Shown: piece by piece, positions 28,407 to 38,378 of the stretch
How positions within the stretch are numbered: position 1 is the stretch's first letter
How the letters are laid out: each line of letters opens with the position of its first letter
Source of the DNA: Bacteriovoracaceae bacterium
GTDB lineage: Bacteria; Bdellovibrionota; Bacteriovoracia; Bacteriovoracales; Bacteriovoracaceae
DNA: 64,000 nt
NCBI GenBank assembly: GCA_048270185.1
Contig: JBLWTJ010000004.1
Location: 221,654 to 285,653, forward strand
Reading direction: 5' to 3'
Made by a program: the position numbers and the translations under genes
The notes under the pieces: generated by a model
What the model saw: only the letters and a program-made list of their open reading frames with translations
What the model was told of the DNA's origin: nothing
Database searches by the model: none

Positions 28407-29710
28407 TAATACTTATTTCGTGCTTCTAGTAATTCATTCTTTAAAGCTTCTACTTGATCGCTGTCGACTTCTTTTGCAAGTTGGATAATGAGGTCACGGT
28501 GTTGATCGATAAGGGCCTTGAAGTCTTGATAGACTTTATAACCTTCATCAGAGATGATTTCTTCTTTGTAAGCTTTTTCTAAGTCAGACTCACAAAAGCG
28601 TAGCATATAGTATTCTTCAATAGCTCTAAGCTTAATTTTAGTGAATTCAGCTTCAGAGAAGTCATGATTTGTTGCTTGTGCAAGATTAGCAAATAATTCT
28701 AGCGCCCAATAGAAAGTCATATAGGCGTGGTATATACCACGTATCGGTCTAAGGGCCCTACGCCAAGGACTATAGTAGATTTTCTCTTCTAGTTCTTCTA
28801 GTAACTCTTCTTGATTGAGATAAGCATTAAGAACATGGTGCCCATTCTCATGAAGAAGATCATCCATGAGATCAATATCATCTCGATCATAGACATTAAT
28901 TGAAGAATATCCTGGAAGAGTTTGCATTGAGTAACTTACAATTCCCTTTTCTTGAATAGGAATAATTGTATGGGTAAATTCTTTTAGTACATCAAGTAAA
29001 TCTGGCGTTAACTCACTTAAGCGATTATAAGCTTTTGTGATCTTTTTCGTAATGACAGAGCTTGTTTCCTTCAATTCTTCATAGAAAATAATATCGAGAT
29101 GGCCCACTTGATTCTTTGTAGCACTAGATGTTTCACAACTATTATCAAGTGTAGCAATTACTTTCTCTTTCATGTCTTTAAAGAAAACTCTCTTTCCATT
29201 TGGAAGATAAGCTGACTTGGCGTCATCTCCAAGTTCTGGAACACTTAGATAAGTTAGTTCACACTCGAGACTTTCTTTAATATGAATATTATAGAAGGCA
29301 ATAATATTGTCTTCTAAGATTAGAAGTAGCTTCTTACTTTCAGTTAAAAGATCCTTGCTTTCATTTAGCGAATTTAAAAATATTTCTGCTAGATTTGAAT
29401 CGTGCCAGAAATTAAAGATGGCGTCTTCCGAGTCACTCATTTCAAGATCTTCACCTATCTCAAACTCGGCGTGATAGGAAATGACTTCAATTAGCGCTTC
29501 GATTAAGTTGAACCAATAGAAGTTTAAACTTGAAAACTTATTTAACTTCTCATCAAAAATAGCTTCTTGATAAAAATTTTGAAATCTTGATGAAAGGAGC
29601 TCATTTTCTTCTTCATTCTCAAGTGCATCTTCGCGGTAAAGCGTAAGATTATCTAAGTACAAGTTTTTGAAATTGTTATTAACTTGAATGAAGTGATTGA
29701 ATTTTTTCAT
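28403..29710 (-). CDS. aKG-HExxH family (HEXXH-motif peptide-modification) protein
   Basis: LLHENGHHVL plus YYSPWRRALRPIRGIYHAYMTF. Confidence 0.8.
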   Translation of the reverse strand: MKKFNHFIQVNNNFKNLYLDNLTLYREDALENEEENELLSSRFQNFYQEAIFDEKLNKFSSLNFYWFNLIEALIEVISYHAEFEIGEDLEMSDSEDAIFNFWHDSNLAEIFLNSLNESKDLLTESKKLLLILEDNIIAFYNIHIKESLECELTYLSVPELGDDAKSAYLPNGKRVFFKDMKEKVIATLDNSCETSSATKNQVGHLDIIFYEELKETSSVITKKITKAYNRLSELTPDLLDVLKEFTHTIIPIQEKGIVSYSMQTLPGYSSINVYDRDDIDLMDDLLHENGHHVLNAYLNQEELLEELEEKIYYSPWRRALRPIRGIYHAYMTFYWALELFANLAQATNHDFSEAEFTKIKLRAIEEYYMLRFCESDLEKAYKEEIISDEGYKVYQDFKALIDQHRDLIIQLAKEVDSDQVEALKNELLEARNKYY

Positions 29711-29735
29711 GGAATAGAGCGGTTTAGAAAAAGAA

Positions 29736-29810
29736 TGGCTGGGATGGCGAGATTCGAACTCGCGACCAATAGATTAACAGTCTACTGCGCTACCGCTGCG
29801 CCACATCCCA
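29736..29810 (-). tRNA. tRNA-Asn(GTT)
   Basis: Reverse complement TGGGATG...GTAGA-CT-GTT-AA-TCTAT...GTTCGAATC...CATCCCA-G-CCA; full cloverleaf with encoded CCA. Confidence 0.97.
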
Positions 29811-29829
29811 GCAATCTTAAGTAGTTAAT

Positions 29830-29858
29830 TTTATAAACTCATTTTTTAATATTGTAAA
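29830..29858 (-). promoter_or_regulatory. Candidate sigma70 promoter for tRNA-Asn
   Basis: TTTACA-N17-TATAAA on the minus strand just upstream of the tRNA. Confidence 0.5.
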
Positions 29859-29930
29859 TATTTTCTTTCAAAGAATTTTTTGACCCATACCTTTAAGTTG
29901 TTGAAATTATTCACTCTAAACTAAATTTGC

Positions 29931-29957
29931 TAAATTTTTTTTTCAAAAAACCGACAA
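29931..29957 (+). promoter_or_regulatory. Candidate sigma28 promoter
   Basis: TAAA-N15-ACCGACAA. Confidence 0.6.
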
Positions 29958-29993
29958 GCTTACTCAGATGATAGGTTAAAATACTAGGTAATA

Positions 29994-30512
29994 ATGGAAG
30001 AAACTCAACTAATTAGAAATTTACTGCGAATCCTTACGCCAGAAGAAGTTTCTGACCTAACTACTGTTGGTGATGCATCCGTGCGAGAGGCCTTAACCGA
30101 TCTCTTAGTAGGCCATAATCAAGGTCATGGGCTCTCTTATGGTGTCGGTGGTATGGCAAAGATCCTGCCATTTCCAGATGTCTCTAAGGAGCAGGAAGAG
30201 CCTCTCTCAATCATTGAAGATATAGAGATTGTAACAGGCCCTAATGTTCATCAGTTTATTAATCAATTTATTACTAAGGTTCAGTTTGAATCAAGTAAGG
30301 TTCACGCTGGTGGTAGGCCCGTTGAAACGAGTACTTTTATTTTAAATGAAAAGGAAAGATTTAAGGCAGTCTATACGAAAATGAAAAGTCGTGAAGTTTT
30401 AGATCTCTATGCAAAGAACTCTATTGTCGACTTGGAACAAGAACGCAAGAACCGAAAAGATTTGTCAAAAAACTCTTCGACTGGCGTCCTTGTTAATAAG
30501 AAGCATTATTAA
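29994..30512 (+). CDS. Hypothetical protein
   Basis: 172-aa ORF after a sigma28 motif; AKILPF and GVLVNKKHY motifs. Confidence 0.7.
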   Translation: MEETQLIRNLLRILTPEEVSDLTTVGDASVREALTDLLVGHNQGHGLSYGVGGMAKILPFPDVSKEQEEPLSIIEDIEIVTGPNVHQFINQFITKVQFESSKVHAGGRPVETSTFILNEKERFKAVYTKMKSREVLDLYAKNSIVDLEQERKNRKDLSKNSSTGVLVNKKHY

Positions 30513-32023
30513 TCTTCTTTAAGTCCTTTAATATTTCCTGTCGCACTAGGTGAATCAATTTCTAAAGTAGCTAATTGATAAACACAATGATCAACAGTGG
30601 AAACAGCTGCTGGTCGATAGTTTCCAGAGTTTTTCACACCACCAAAAGGTAGATTAGAGTTAGCACCAACTGTTGCACGGTTTAAGTTAACGAGACCTGC
30701 ATCGATATTATTAACAGCGTGATGAAACTTCGCAACGTCTTTAGTGAAGACTGAAGCTGCAAGACCGTACTCGGTTGAGTTGGCAATATTAATTGCTTCA
30801 TCAAAGTCACTATATCCAACAAAAGTACAATTAGGTCCAAAGATTTCATTAGCTAGAAAGTGGCTCTTTGGTATTAACTTATTAGTGTAGTGAATTGATG
30901 GTGAAACAAAGTAGCCGTTAGTTGCTCTCTCTAGTTGTTTCCCTCTCATTACTTCTTCTAGGCCTTCACGTTTTGCCATACCCATGAAAAGTAGATATTG
31001 GTCAAGTGAAGCTTGATCAATAAGTGGCCCCATGAAAGGATCCACTTCGTGATCAACTGCGTGGTCAACGATAATCTTTTTTGCCATTTCATGAAAGCGA
31101 CCAATAAATTCATCTTTTATTGAATCATGAATTGCAACAAGTCCTGTCGAAGTACAACGTTGTCCTGTTGTTAAATATGAGCCTGTTAGAATTTCTTCAA
31201 GAACATAATCAAGATCTGCTGTCTCATCAATAATGGCAGTGTTCTTACCACCTAGTTCAAGTGAAACAAGTTTTGAAAGATCAGAATATGTTGATTCAAG
31301 TATTTTTTGTCCGACTTCTTTTGAACCAGTGAAGAAGACACCTTTTACTCTCTTGTCTTTTATTATTCGTCGAGCAACCTCACCATCTCCTTGCACGAGA
31401 TTAACAACACCCATTGGGAATTTTGCCTCCGCAAGACACTCAAACATAAGTTGAGCAGAGTAGGCTGTCTTCTCACTTGGTTTGAAAATAATTGAGTTAC
31501 CAGAGATTAGGTTCGCTGTAATTTGACCATTAGCTAGATGGCAAGGGAAGTTAAAAGGCCCGATAATAAAACTAGGCCCTACCGGTTTAAAGTAAATATG
31601 GGCATTTGTTCCTGGAGCAATACCTTCCATATTCTTCGTTTGAATTCTTGGAAGAGATGCATTGATTGTAACATCAACTTTAGCAATAAGGGCCGCAGCT
31701 TCAGTGCGAGCTTCCCAAAGAGGTTTACCAACTTCAAGTGCTATTGCAAGAGCAATATCGTCTTGCTTCGTTTTTAGAACTTCTTGATATCTTCTAAGGG
31801 CATCAATTCTTTCTTCAATTGGAGTATTTCTCCAAGTCTGAAAACCCTTGTGTGCTGATTCGATTAACTCGTCGATATGAGCGTAGTTAATATTCATTGT
31901 CCAAAGAGTTTTTGATGTATCACTTGGACACTCTCTTGAAATAGAACGATCATTTCTTAGATTAACTGAATCATCAAAGCTGATAAAATTATTGTTAAAA
32001 AAAGATCCTTTTAATTGAAACAT
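30509..32023 (-). CDS. astD: Succinylglutamate-semialdehyde dehydrogenase
   Basis: GPFNFPCHLANG, FKPSEKT, FTGS, LELGGKN, GQRCT, PFGGVKNSGNYRPAA; next to astA. Confidence 0.88.
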   Translation of the reverse strand: MFQLKGSFFNNNFISFDDSVNLRNDRSISRECPSDTSKTLWTMNINYAHIDELIESAHKGFQTWRNTPIEERIDALRRYQEVLKTKQDDIALAIALEVGKPLWEARTEAAALIAKVDVTINASLPRIQTKNMEGIAPGTNAHIYFKPVGPSFIIGPFNFPCHLANGQITANLISGNSIIFKPSEKTAYSAQLMFECLAEAKFPMGVVNLVQGDGEVARRIIKDKRVKGVFFTGSKEVGQKILESTYSDLSKLVSLELGGKNTAIIDETADLDYVLEEILTGSYLTTGQRCTSTGLVAIHDSIKDEFIGRFHEMAKKIIVDHAVDHEVDPFMGPLIDQASLDQYLLFMGMAKREGLEEVMRGKQLERATNGYFVSPSIHYTNKLIPKSHFLANEIFGPNCTFVGYSDFDEAINIANSTEYGLAASVFTKDVAKFHHAVNNIDAGLVNLNRATVGANSNLPFGGVKNSGNYRPAAVSTVDHCVYQLATLEIDSPSATGNIKGLKED

Positions 32024-32032
32024 AATTTTCTC

Positions 32033-33034
32033 CTATATTGCCATTGAAGTAATCTTCGTCCCTTCTTCAAGATTGAATGAAGAAAGGTTAGCAACTGTCA
32101 GTATATCACCATTTAGCTCTCCTTTAAGGCAGAGAACTTCAAAGTTTTTGTCATTTGTTAGTGCCAAGTAGAATTTAGGTGAACTTGTTTCACCATTTTT
32201 AAGAGTTACTTCCTTAATTGTTTTTACCGGTTTGATGTCTTTGAGCTTACAGCGATAGTGTGGCCCCCCATCAAATGGATCAACTTCATGAGTATACTTA
32301 AAACCTATTGACTCAAGCATTCTCTTAACAGGCTCTGTATCTTCTCCAACTTTTCCAACAGCATCTCTTGCTTCAATTGGAAGTAACGTTTCGTATATTG
32401 TTCCAGAAGGGAAGAGGCTTAGAATAAATTCCTTATTCTTACGACTTAGAATATCTGCGTCGTGATATTCCATGTTGAGGAAGCGGCGTCCGATGGCCTC
32501 CCATAGAGGAGAGCGTCCGTCAGCATCAAATGGAGGAAGTAGTTCAGAATGAATAGTATCCTTGAAGCGATCAGGGTTAAGTCCCATATAGAAGAATCTT
32601 GAGAATGATAGAAACTTACCTAGTTTATTTGGATTCCCTCGGTAACTTGGATCGAGGATAAGACCACCAATTTCAGTCGGTCCATCAGTGTCATAACCAA
32701 GTTTTAATGTCCCGTGAATGAAGCCAGTATTAATTGTGTCGGAGAACTTATTCTCCTGTCCAACCTTTAAATAGAAGTGAGGCTCGAGTTCATCTCCATG
32801 ACGAGCATGAATCATTGAACAGCCAATGACTCGATCTGCTGCGAGGTCTTCTAAGACAAAGATATAGTGATCGTTTGATAAGTTATCACTCTTTTGCTTG
32901 AATGAACGTAGAGAACTTTCAATTTTTTTTGAAATGAGTTCTCGATCATTTGGTAAGTTAATAAAGACATAAAGATTTGAGAGATCGTAGAGATCATCAA
33001 GGTCTTCAGATTTTACTGGTCTAATTCTAAACAT
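32033..33034 (-). CDS. astA: Arginine N-succinyltransferase
   Basis: YIFVLED, TEIGGLIL, SPLWEAIGRRF, VDPFDGGP. Confidence 0.92.
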   Translation of the reverse strand: MFRIRPVKSEDLDDLYDLSNLYVFINLPNDRELISKKIESSLRSFKQKSDNLSNDHYIFVLEDLAADRVIGCSMIHARHGDELEPHFYLKVGQENKFSDTINTGFIHGTLKLGYDTDGPTEIGGLILDPSYRGNPNKLGKFLSFSRFFYMGLNPDRFKDTIHSELLPPFDADGRSPLWEAIGRRFLNMEYHDADILSRKNKEFILSLFPSGTIYETLLPIEARDAVGKVGEDTEPVKRMLESIGFKYTHEVDPFDGGPHYRCKLKDIKPVKTIKEVTLKNGETSSPKFYLALTNDKNFEVLCLKGELNGDILTVANLSSFNLEEGTKITSMAI

Positions 33035-33045
33035 AAGTTTTGCGC

Positions 33046-34413
33046 CTATTTAATTTCTTCTAAAGTCGTTTTTTCTATAATTGAGATAATGTCATCAATA
33101 TGTTCATCAGTCATTGCAAGAGGAAGAAGTAGTCGAACTCTTGTCGGCTCTTTCCCGGCCATAAATGCGACAATTCCATTATTAAATAATGCCTTAACAA
33201 AGTTTGAAACAGTTGCAGTCGATGAATCACCAACTTCAAAAGCAATCATTGTTCCAATACCACCCACGTAAGTGATTTTTTCTTTGCATGAGTTTTTCAT
33301 TAGGTGTGTTAATTTAGAAATAAATTTATCTTCTAGTTCTTTGATACGTCCACTTTCACCATAGAAGTTTCCTTCTGTTAGGTAGCGAATTAATTTACTT
33401 CCAGTTGATAGCGCTGACACTGAACCATTAAAAGTTCCAGCAATTAGTCCTGGTTTTGGATTTAATTCCTCGCTAAAAAGCACACCACAGACTTGTAGTG
33501 CCTTTCCTACGGCTACGATATCAACATATTTTTCGAGTCCCATTGTTTGGAACGCAAATAATTCTCGTGTACGTCCAAAAGTTTGAACTTCATCGACCCA
33601 AATATAGAGACCCTTCTTCTTGGCCCATTTAAATATTTCTTCGTAGTATTCTTTTGGTCCAAAGATAAACCCACCTTCACCTTGAATTATCTCAAGCATA
33701 AGTGCGCAGTGTTGTCCTGGGTATTTTGCAGTAACTTCTTCAAGTGCTGCTAGAGTATTCTGTAATGACTCTTCAGGATTATTTTGATCAAAATGTGGAA
33801 CGTGATCAACATCTAGAGACTTAGGCATCCCTTCGCGATAGCCTGCATTGTGAGTAATATCTTGAGTAGCAACAGAGCGGCCCGCAAAGGCTTTCTTAAA
33901 AGCAATAACACGATATGCTGGATCTTTCTTTTGCCAAACTAGCTTTAGAGCTAGATCGTTTGCAAAACTTCCGGAACCAGTGAACCAGAAGTGTTTTAGG
34001 TTACTTCCCTCGACAGCTTTAAGTAGATTACTTGTTAGTTCGATTGCTTGTGGGTATGGCTGAAGATTACCACACATTACGGTATCACCAAGAGCTGCCT
34101 CTAAGTGCGATTTAATATATATTGGGTGGGAGTGCCCTAAAAGATTTGGTCCAATACCACCAATTAGGTCGTATTTAACTGATCCATCAATTAGTTCAGT
34201 AAAAGGTCCATGACCACGTCCCGATGAAACGTAGTTAAAATAAATTCCTTTCCCTCTTTCTTGATTATATGTCTTTAAAGTTTCTTCAACTAAATGCTCT
34301 TTTCCTTCTTGAGGACCGCGAACTTCCATGAAATTCTTCTGTTCTTTAAGGATTGAAGAGAATAGTTTATCAAACTGATCGTTTATTTCGTTGTTTCTTA
34401 CACCATATTCCAT
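33046..34413 (-). CDS. Class III PLP aminotransferase (succinylornithine transaminase-like, AstC/ArgD)
   Basis: LGHSHP, EIIQGEGG, DEVQTFGRT, VGKALQ; heads the ast cluster; start at ATG 34413 after GAGG. Confidence 0.85.
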   Translation of the reverse strand: MEYGVRNNEINDQFDKLFSSILKEQKNFMEVRGPQEGKEHLVEETLKTYNQERGKGIYFNYVSSGRGHGPFTELIDGSVKYDLIGGIGPNLLGHSHPIYIKSHLEAALGDTVMCGNLQPYPQAIELTSNLLKAVEGSNLKHFWFTGSGSFANDLALKLVWQKKDPAYRVIAFKKAFAGRSVATQDITHNAGYREGMPKSLDVDHVPHFDQNNPEESLQNTLAALEEVTAKYPGQHCALMLEIIQGEGGFIFGPKEYYEEIFKWAKKKGLYIWVDEVQTFGRTRELFAFQTMGLEKYVDIVAVGKALQVCGVLFSEELNPKPGLIAGTFNGSVSALSTGSKLIRYLTEGNFYGESGRIKELEDKFISKLTHLMKNSCKEKITYVGGIGTMIAFEVGDSSTATVSNFVKALFNNGIVAFMAGKEPTRVRLLLPLAMTDEHIDDIISIIEKTTLEEIK

Positions 34414-34485
34414 ATCTAACCTCTTTTTATGTGGTAGAATTATCACTCACTTGCAAAGGCTACAAGCCAAATAGATAATAAATTT

Positions 34486-35133
34486 ATGTCAGATACTAGC
34501 ACAGTAAATCCACTAAAAGAATTAGAAGACCTTTATAAAAACAAAGATTATGAGGGCTATAAAAACTTATTAATTAAGAATAAAAAATTATTCATTGATG
34601 CCCAATATTTCTATAATTTGGGCACTGCATACTTGAAGTTAGAGAATATTGGTGCGGCCCGTCTGAATCTTGAAAAGTCTTATCAGCTTGGACAGCAAGA
34701 TATCCTCGTCACTAATAATATTAATTATATAAAATCACACTACGACTTACGGCCTGAGGAATTTAACTTTATTGCTAAGGCAATGGATATTCCCTCGATT
34801 TATTTTACGTCACTTTCGCTTGTGCTAGTGGTCATTGTTTTATTTCTCAATTTAAAAACGAAAATACATAAAGGTATTGTTTTCGGACTATTTATCTTAT
34901 CTCTTAGTCCACTAATTTTTAATAATGCCTATCTTCATACAAATTACAGGAATGCTGTTGTAATGAAGAACGCAGATGTCTATGAAGGCCCTTCTGGAAT
35001 TTTTGAGCACAACCAAAGTGTCAAAGAGGGACTAAGGATAGTAACATCAAAGAAGAATGATAACTGGTATTTTATCTACTGGCCTTTGAGTGCAAAGGGG
35101 TGGGTGAAATCTGAGATGATAGAATTTTATTAA
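34486..35133 (+). CDS. TPR + 2 TM + SH3-like protein (BatE-like)
   Basis: YNLGTAYLK..GAARLNLEK; VYEGPS...KGWVK. Confidence 0.7.
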   Translation: MSDTSTVNPLKELEDLYKNKDYEGYKNLLIKNKKLFIDAQYFYNLGTAYLKLENIGAARLNLEKSYQLGQQDILVTNNINYIKSHYDLRPEEFNFIAKAMDIPSIYFTSLSLVLVVIVLFLNLKTKIHKGIVFGLFILSLSPLIFNNAYLHTNYRNAVVMKNADVYEGPSGIFEHNQSVKEGLRIVTSKKNDNWYFIYWPLSAKGWVKSEMIEFY

Positions 35134-35142
35134 AGGTATATT

Positions 35143-35742
35143 ATGACAGAGAAATACTCTAAAGAAGATCGCATTGATATTAATCTGATTAAGTTCTTGT
35201 GGTCCATCAATCCTCTTATTAAAAGCAATAAGGTAACAATTCCTTATCTTTTAAGAGATACTGTCATATTAAGAAACCTTGGTGAATTCGAATTATATCA
35301 ACTTTCAAAATACTTTCATCGCCGCACCTATCAAAAAGGTGAACAAATCTTTAAAGAAGGGGATTTTGGAATTGGTTTTTATATTATCGTTTCGGGTCGA
35401 GTTGAATTAACAACTGAAAGAAGAGATAAGCAATTTCATGTGACAAACTTAGAGCGAAAAGATTATATGGGTGAAATAGGCTTACTGGAAGAAGGTCATA
35501 AGAGATCAGTTTCTGCGACAGCTCTTGAGCCTGTTGAAATGCTTGGGATTTTCAAGCCTGATGTCGAATTGATGATTACAGAAAGACCTGCTCTTTCTTC
35601 TAAATTTCTTCAGGCAATGTCAGAGCTAGTGGTTAAGAAGTTACATATCCTTGCGCGAGAAATTAGAAAATTGAAAGTTGAAAACTCTCACCTTAAAGAT
35701 GAACTTATCGAATTTAAAGAAGAGAAAGCAAAGAATGAATAG
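35143..35742 (+). CDS. Cyclic-nucleotide-binding domain protein
   Basis: IFKEGD...FYIIVSGRV...GEIGLL...RSVSATA; coiled-coil tail, no clear HTH. Confidence 0.88.
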   Translation: MTEKYSKEDRIDINLIKFLWSINPLIKSNKVTIPYLLRDTVILRNLGEFELYQLSKYFHRRTYQKGEQIFKEGDFGIGFYIIVSGRVELTTERRDKQFHVTNLERKDYMGEIGLLEEGHKRSVSATALEPVEMLGIFKPDVELMITERPALSSKFLQAMSELVVKKLHILAREIRKLKVENSHLKDELIEFKEEKAKNE

Positions 35743-36766
35743 TACCGATCGTCTAAAGGCCATTATCTTTGGTTTTTTTCTTAGCTTTTCAGTAGTGCTT
35801 TTCTTTGTTTTTCCAAGAGTCGCAACACCACTTCTTATTTGCTATATCCTAACTCTTATAATGAATCCAATACTTCTTCTTATTGAAAGACTTGGAATAA
35901 ACCGTGCCGCTTCATCAGCACTGGCCGTTATCTTACTTTTATTTTTGACGATCTATCCAATCGTTAAAGTTACCCCACTCATTGTTAGCGAAATTAATAA
36001 CCTTGAAGTATATATCCCAAAAGTTGAATCTTTCTTAAAGCTTAGTTATGCCAATTTTCAAAACTTTGTGGAAGGGCGCACTGGCTATCGTTTAAGTAGT
36101 GATTACTTGTTGCAGACGATTAACTTTATGAAAGATCAGATAAGCAGTTTTGTTCTAGTTCTTCCTAAGTTTCTTGGTTCTGCACTAGAGCTTTTCTTTA
36201 TTGTCCCGCTTTTCTTATTCTTTGCTTTAAAAGATATGAAACAATTAAGAGGTAGGGTGACATCACTTCTTCCAAATAAGTATTTTGAAAAGCTCTATCA
36301 CTTATCATTTCAATTTAATCGACAGATTGGAGATTATATCTTGGCCAAGGTTATTGAGGCTTCAATTTTAGGTCTTATTATATTCACAGGATTATTCTTC
36401 TTAGATATTCGCTTCTCGTTAATATTAGGACTACTGGCAGCGGTTACAAATATCATCCCTTATCTTGGCCCTTTATTTGGAGCAGTACCAGCTCTCATTT
36501 TTATTGCGGCAGAATATGGCATGGGAACTCATTTTGGTGGGGCGTTCATTTTATATATGGTTGCCAATGTCATTGATATTGCCATTGTCTTCCCACTACT
36601 GGTTTCAAAGATTGTTGATCTTCACCCTGTACTTGTTGTTGCTAGTGTTATTCTTGGCTCACAGGTCTTAGGAATTACAGGGATGATCATCTCTATTCCA
36701 CTTGCAGCTGCGGTTAAATTATTAATCAATCAAATGCTTAAGGACGTATACGAAGAGCGTTATTAG
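35735..36766 (+). CDS. AI-2E family transporter
   Basis: Multi-TM; NIIPYLGP, LHPVLV, GMIISIPLAA. Confidence 0.9.
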   Translation: MNSTDRLKAIIFGFFLSFSVVLFFVFPRVATPLLICYILTLIMNPILLLIERLGINRAASSALAVILLLFLTIYPIVKVTPLIVSEINNLEVYIPKVESFLKLSYANFQNFVEGRTGYRLSSDYLLQTINFMKDQISSFVLVLPKFLGSALELFFIVPLFLFFALKDMKQLRGRVTSLLPNKYFEKLYHLSFQFNRQIGDYILAKVIEASILGLIIFTGLFFLDIRFSLILGLLAAVTNIIPYLGPLFGAVPALIFIAAEYGMGTHFGGAFILYMVANVIDIAIVFPLLVSKIVDLHPVLVVASVILGSQVLGITGMIISIPLAAAVKLLINQMLKDVYEERY

Positions 36767-36827
36767 CTTTGACGGGCCATTGCCCAAAATGCTAAAATTG
36801 CCCTATATCCGAGAACGTGGGGGCAGT

Positions 36828-37565
36828 GTGCTTAAGTATTTTTCTCTAATTTTAATTCTATTAATGACTTCGTGCGCAGTAAATCGCCCGAAGGGAAGTA
36901 CTGAAGCAGAGGTACTTTATCGCGAAGCTGAACGCCTGATGAGCTCAGAGCGCTATATTATGGCCCTTGAGAAGCTTAATCTTATCAAGTCACAATACCC
37001 ATATAGTTACTATGCAACTTCGGCAGAGCTATTACAGGCCGACATTCTTTATAAGCAAGAGAACTTTGAAGAAGCAGCTGCAGCTTATCTTTTATTTAAA
37101 GACTTTCATCCTAAACATGAAAAGATGGATTATGTTACTTTTAAAATTGCTGAATCTTATTATAAGCAGAAACCATCAACTTTCGATCGTGACCTAACTG
37201 CTGCAAAACAGGCCATTAAATATTTTAATGAACTTAGAAGTCTCTATCCTAAATCGACTTACTTAAAAGATGCGAAAGAGAAAATCGATGAGTGTTATCA
37301 AATGCTTAAAGATAAAGAGCTTTATATTGCTAATTTTTATTATAAGACTGAAGACTATCAGTCAGCAGCCTTTCGATATAAGCGTTTATTAAATCAATTT
37401 AATGATGATAAGATTAAGAAGTTAGCAAGTGATCGTCTTGTCTTTATTGGTAATAAAGCAGCGATGCCTGAATTATGCCAATTAGTATTTGAACGCTATC
37501 GCTACTTATACCGTGATGGTGAATTAGCTAATCTTAAAGAAGACGTTAAAAACTGTATTCAGTAG
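36828..37565 (+). CDS. bamD: Outer membrane protein assembly factor BamD
   Basis: Lipobox MTSC; YPYSYYA, FHPKH, DRDLT, ELYIANFYYK. Confidence 0.9.
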   Translation: MLKYFSLILILLMTSCAVNRPKGSTEAEVLYREAERLMSSERYIMALEKLNLIKSQYPYSYYATSAELLQADILYKQENFEEAAAAYLLFKDFHPKHEKMDYVTFKIAESYYKQKPSTFDRDLTAAKQAIKYFNELRSLYPKSTYLKDAKEKIDECYQMLKDKELYIANFYYKTEDYQSAAFRYKRLLNQFNDDKIKKLASDRLVFIGNKAAMPELCQLVFERYRYLYRDGELANLKEDVKNCIQ

Positions 37566-37577
37566 GGGACTTTTATT

Positions 37578-38309
37578 ATGATGAAATCTTTTGAACAAGA
37601 AAAGTTATCTAAGAAAGCAAAAGTCGCTTTTGAAAATCGTGAATATAATAAGGCAATTAGTATCTATAACGAACTTCTTGAAATCGATGCAAAGGATGCA
37701 GATGCACTCTTTAGTATTGCAAATATCTTTCATCTAACGGGTGAAATTTCAAAAGCAATTAAAGCATTTAAGAAAGTCTTAGAAGTAAGGCCAGATCATA
37801 CTGATGCGGCCGTAAGCTTATCGGTTTTGTATAATGATATAGGCCAGTATGAAGAAGCCAGTAAGATCTTTCAAATTGCTTCTCAAAAAGTAAAAGTAAA
37901 TTCTAAAAGTTCTGAGTTAAATGATAATCATATCGATCGTAAATTTGCGATAAAGCACTACGAATTGGCCGATCTCTATTTAACTTATAATCGCTTTGAT
38001 GAAGCTCTTTTTGAGTATGGGAAAGTATTAAAGCTTGATCCAAAGAATCTTGAAGCACGTGTTAAGATGGCCAAGGTTTACGCGAAGAAAGGCTTTGTTA
38101 ATAAATCTTTTGAAGAGTTATCAAGCCTTAAAAATGAAAGACCAGATTATCTTCCTGGTAGAATCGCTCTAGGTGTTCTTCACTATGGTAAGGGTGATAT
38201 TCTTAGTGCAACAAGCGAGTGGGAGAAAGTAATTTCAGTTGATCCTCTTAACAATGAAGCACAGATGTATTTAAATTTTGCAAAGAACGCAACAGAGACG
38301 ACTCTTTAG
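37578..38309 (+). CDS. Tetratricopeptide repeat protein
   Basis: Several TPR motifs. Confidence 0.85.
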   Translation: MMKSFEQEKLSKKAKVAFENREYNKAISIYNELLEIDAKDADALFSIANIFHLTGEISKAIKAFKKVLEVRPDHTDAAVSLSVLYNDIGQYEEASKIFQIASQKVKVNSKSSELNDNHIDRKFAIKHYELADLYLTYNRFDEALFEYGKVLKLDPKNLEARVKMAKVYAKKGFVNKSFEELSSLKNERPDYLPGRIALGVLHYGKGDILSATSEWEKVISVDPLNNEAQMYLNFAKNATETTL

Positions 38310-38314
38310 AAAAT

Positions 38315-38346
38315 AAAAAAAGCTCCTTACGGAGCTTTTCTTTTTT
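38315..38346. terminator. Bidirectional intrinsic terminator
   Basis: A-run-GCTCC-ttac-GGAGC-T-run between convergent genes. Confidence 0.85.
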
Positions 38347-38378
38347 ATCAATTATAGAATTAAATTTGGAAAATTAAA

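Noticed and set aside
28403..29810. Genomic island integrated at tRNA-Asn
   Set aside because: No integrase, no duplicated tRNA 3' end seen, no evident composition shift.
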